Positions 62,520-64,000 of a stretch of 64,000 nt of DNA are shown in pieces. Origin of the DNA: Felis catus (lineage: Eukaryota); assembly GCF_018350175.1 (NCBI RefSeq), contig NC_058368.1, positions 195,054,001 through 195,118,000 on the forward strand, given 5' to 3'. The notes under the pieces were generated by a model, which was not told the origin of the DNA, ran no database searches, and saw only the letters and a list, made by a program, of their open reading frames with translations. The position numbers were made by a program, and so were the translations under genes. Each line of letters starts with the position of its first letter. The stretch's first letter is position 1.

Positions 62520-62965
62520 AAATCAATTAGAACTAAGTTTGGCTGCATGTAATAGAAAACCTCAAAATAATAGTGACTTAAGCCAGATAAAAATTATTTC
62601 TTTGTCAGGTAAAATTTCAGGGTTGATATGGCAGTTCCTTGGTCATCAGGCACCAAGCTGTTTGTTTCTGCTCTGTGACCCTAGCTAATGGCTTCCATCG
62701 TTAAGGTCACTTTGTGGTTCACAATGGCTGCTGGCACTCCAGCCATTGTGTCTGAATTCCAGGTAAAGGGAATTCAGGAAAAAGGAAGAAAGGAAGGACA
62801 AAAGAGATGGACTTTCACATGCTAATCCAAGTATTGCTGAAAGCAACAATAACTCTGTGCTTTGGAGTCCCTTTTCATTCCACCAGGAGCGAGTCTCTGC
62901 CACGTAATATAGTTTCACCACCTTGGGAAGGAGAAGAGATGAAGAGGCCCAGCTTAGTTTTCTCT
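62520..62965 (-). mobile_element. Old LTR fossil (LTR33/MLT1-like)
   Basis: ggctgcatgtaatagaaaacctcaaaataatagtgacttaagccagata and caatggctgctggcactccagcc resemble the 46922 element. Confidence 0.5.
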
Positions 62966-64000
62966 GTCTTGTCAAGAGTGAGCATTTGAGGGATCTGAGC
63001 AGGAGAGTCCACGATACATGAGACATTTGGATTTAGCCATAGGCAGAGCTGCCCCTAGGGTGTACATGGCCTTGGCCAAATTTGTCGGTGGGAGGAGTGG
63101 GGCCCCTATCTATATAAACAATTTGATTTAAAGAAAAAAAAAAAGAAGATGGAATTCGTAGGTGAGTCAAATTCCTGAAAGTATCCTTCTGGATCTCAAT
63201 CTCCATGCATCTTGCTGGCTAGAAGATGGATATTGGGGGATAGAATTCTGCAAGGGTTTTAAGCAGGGCAGGGACATGAAGCAATTTGCATTTTAAAAGG
63301 GTCATTCTAGCTTCCAAGTGTAACATGGACAGTAATGGGAAAAGAGTGGGAAGAATATCAAAAAGGGCGTCATAGACTTGGTTCCTGGTCCTGTGGTTAG
63401 ACAAATCAACCATATGACCTTCAACAAGCCTCTCCCCCCTGCCTGGGTCTGAATGTCCTCATTTCTTAATTTGGATTCGATTTGACAAGCACTCGGCTCC
63501 CTTCTTATTTTTTTCTGGCTTCTTTCTCCATATGAGACTAACTTACCAGAGGTGGTTGCCTGTGGGCCCAGGACCTCTCAGAGCTGGCTCTGGGTCCTGG
63601 AAAAGCATCACCAGTTCCCAGGTTTCTTCCGGGCCTTTCTCCTGTCCTCCTTTAGGCCTGGGCACCTGGGTTCTGGAAGGAGGGAGAGGGTCCAGCCCCT
63701 GCCCCTGTCTGCACCTCCACCTGCCTGGGTTCTGTTTTCTCCTGCTCTGTCCATGCCCCTCTCTGCCTGTCTTCTCCACCTTTGTCTCCTCTGCTTCCTC
63801 CATCTTGCTCCCTGCCTTCTGCACGGATTTCTGAGAGCGCCACACCGTGCCAGCCTCTGAAGGAACCGGTCAGAGTCCCTGCCCATCAGAACCCGGCTTC
63901 TTCTGCTTTTCGTACTCTTGATGTTCTCTCTGTGGTGGTTTCTTCTTGTTTCCCAGTCTTTTTGCCTTTCTCTTCAGGTCTGAATCTGTATTTTATTTTA

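Noticed and set aside
36000..64000. SPARC exons or an antisense lncRNA expected from synteny
   Set aside because: I could not recognise any SPARC coding exon or promoter, and a lncRNA cannot be supported from sequence alone.
1..64000. CRISPR-like array or prokaryote-type novel system
   Set aside because: The recurring sequences are dispersed SINEs and microsatellites, not regularly spaced repeat-spacer units; the window is ordinary mammalian euchromatin.

Overview
Mammalian genomic DNA, almost certainly from a felid: it is dense in tRNA-derived Can-SINEs of the SINEC_Fc type and carnivore L1 3' ends. Two genes are present, divergently oriented. (1) The complete ATOX1 copper-chaperone gene is on the + strand in 4 exons. 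Its CDS is 22545-22550 + 29205-29280 + 32918-33042 (207 nt, 68 aa: MPKHEFSVDMTCEGCSNAVSRVLNKLGGVEFDIDLPNKKVCINSEHSVDLLLETLGKTGKAVSYLGPK), followed by a non-coding exon 4 at 35676-~35812 with AATAAA. None of the supplied long ORFs captures it. (2) The CpG-island promoter and non-coding exon 1 of G3BP1 are on the - strand (~7692-7775), and intron 1 runs off the left end. The ~28 kb right of ATOX1 is intergenic; by mammalian synteny it leads toward SPARC, which is not in the window. The rest is mostly SINE, L1, L2, MIR, LTR and DNA-transposon fossils. I found no convincing novel biological system. The best second-look items are a near-zero-spacer SINE palindrome, a nested retroposon stack with a probable Pol III 3' transduction, a twin-primed L1, a strong CTCF motif just downstream of ATOX1, G-quadruplexes next to both first-exon donors, and a 3'UTR intron just inside the NMD limit. 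Repeat family names are from memory of consensus sequences, and repeat boundaries are approximate unless TSDs are quoted.
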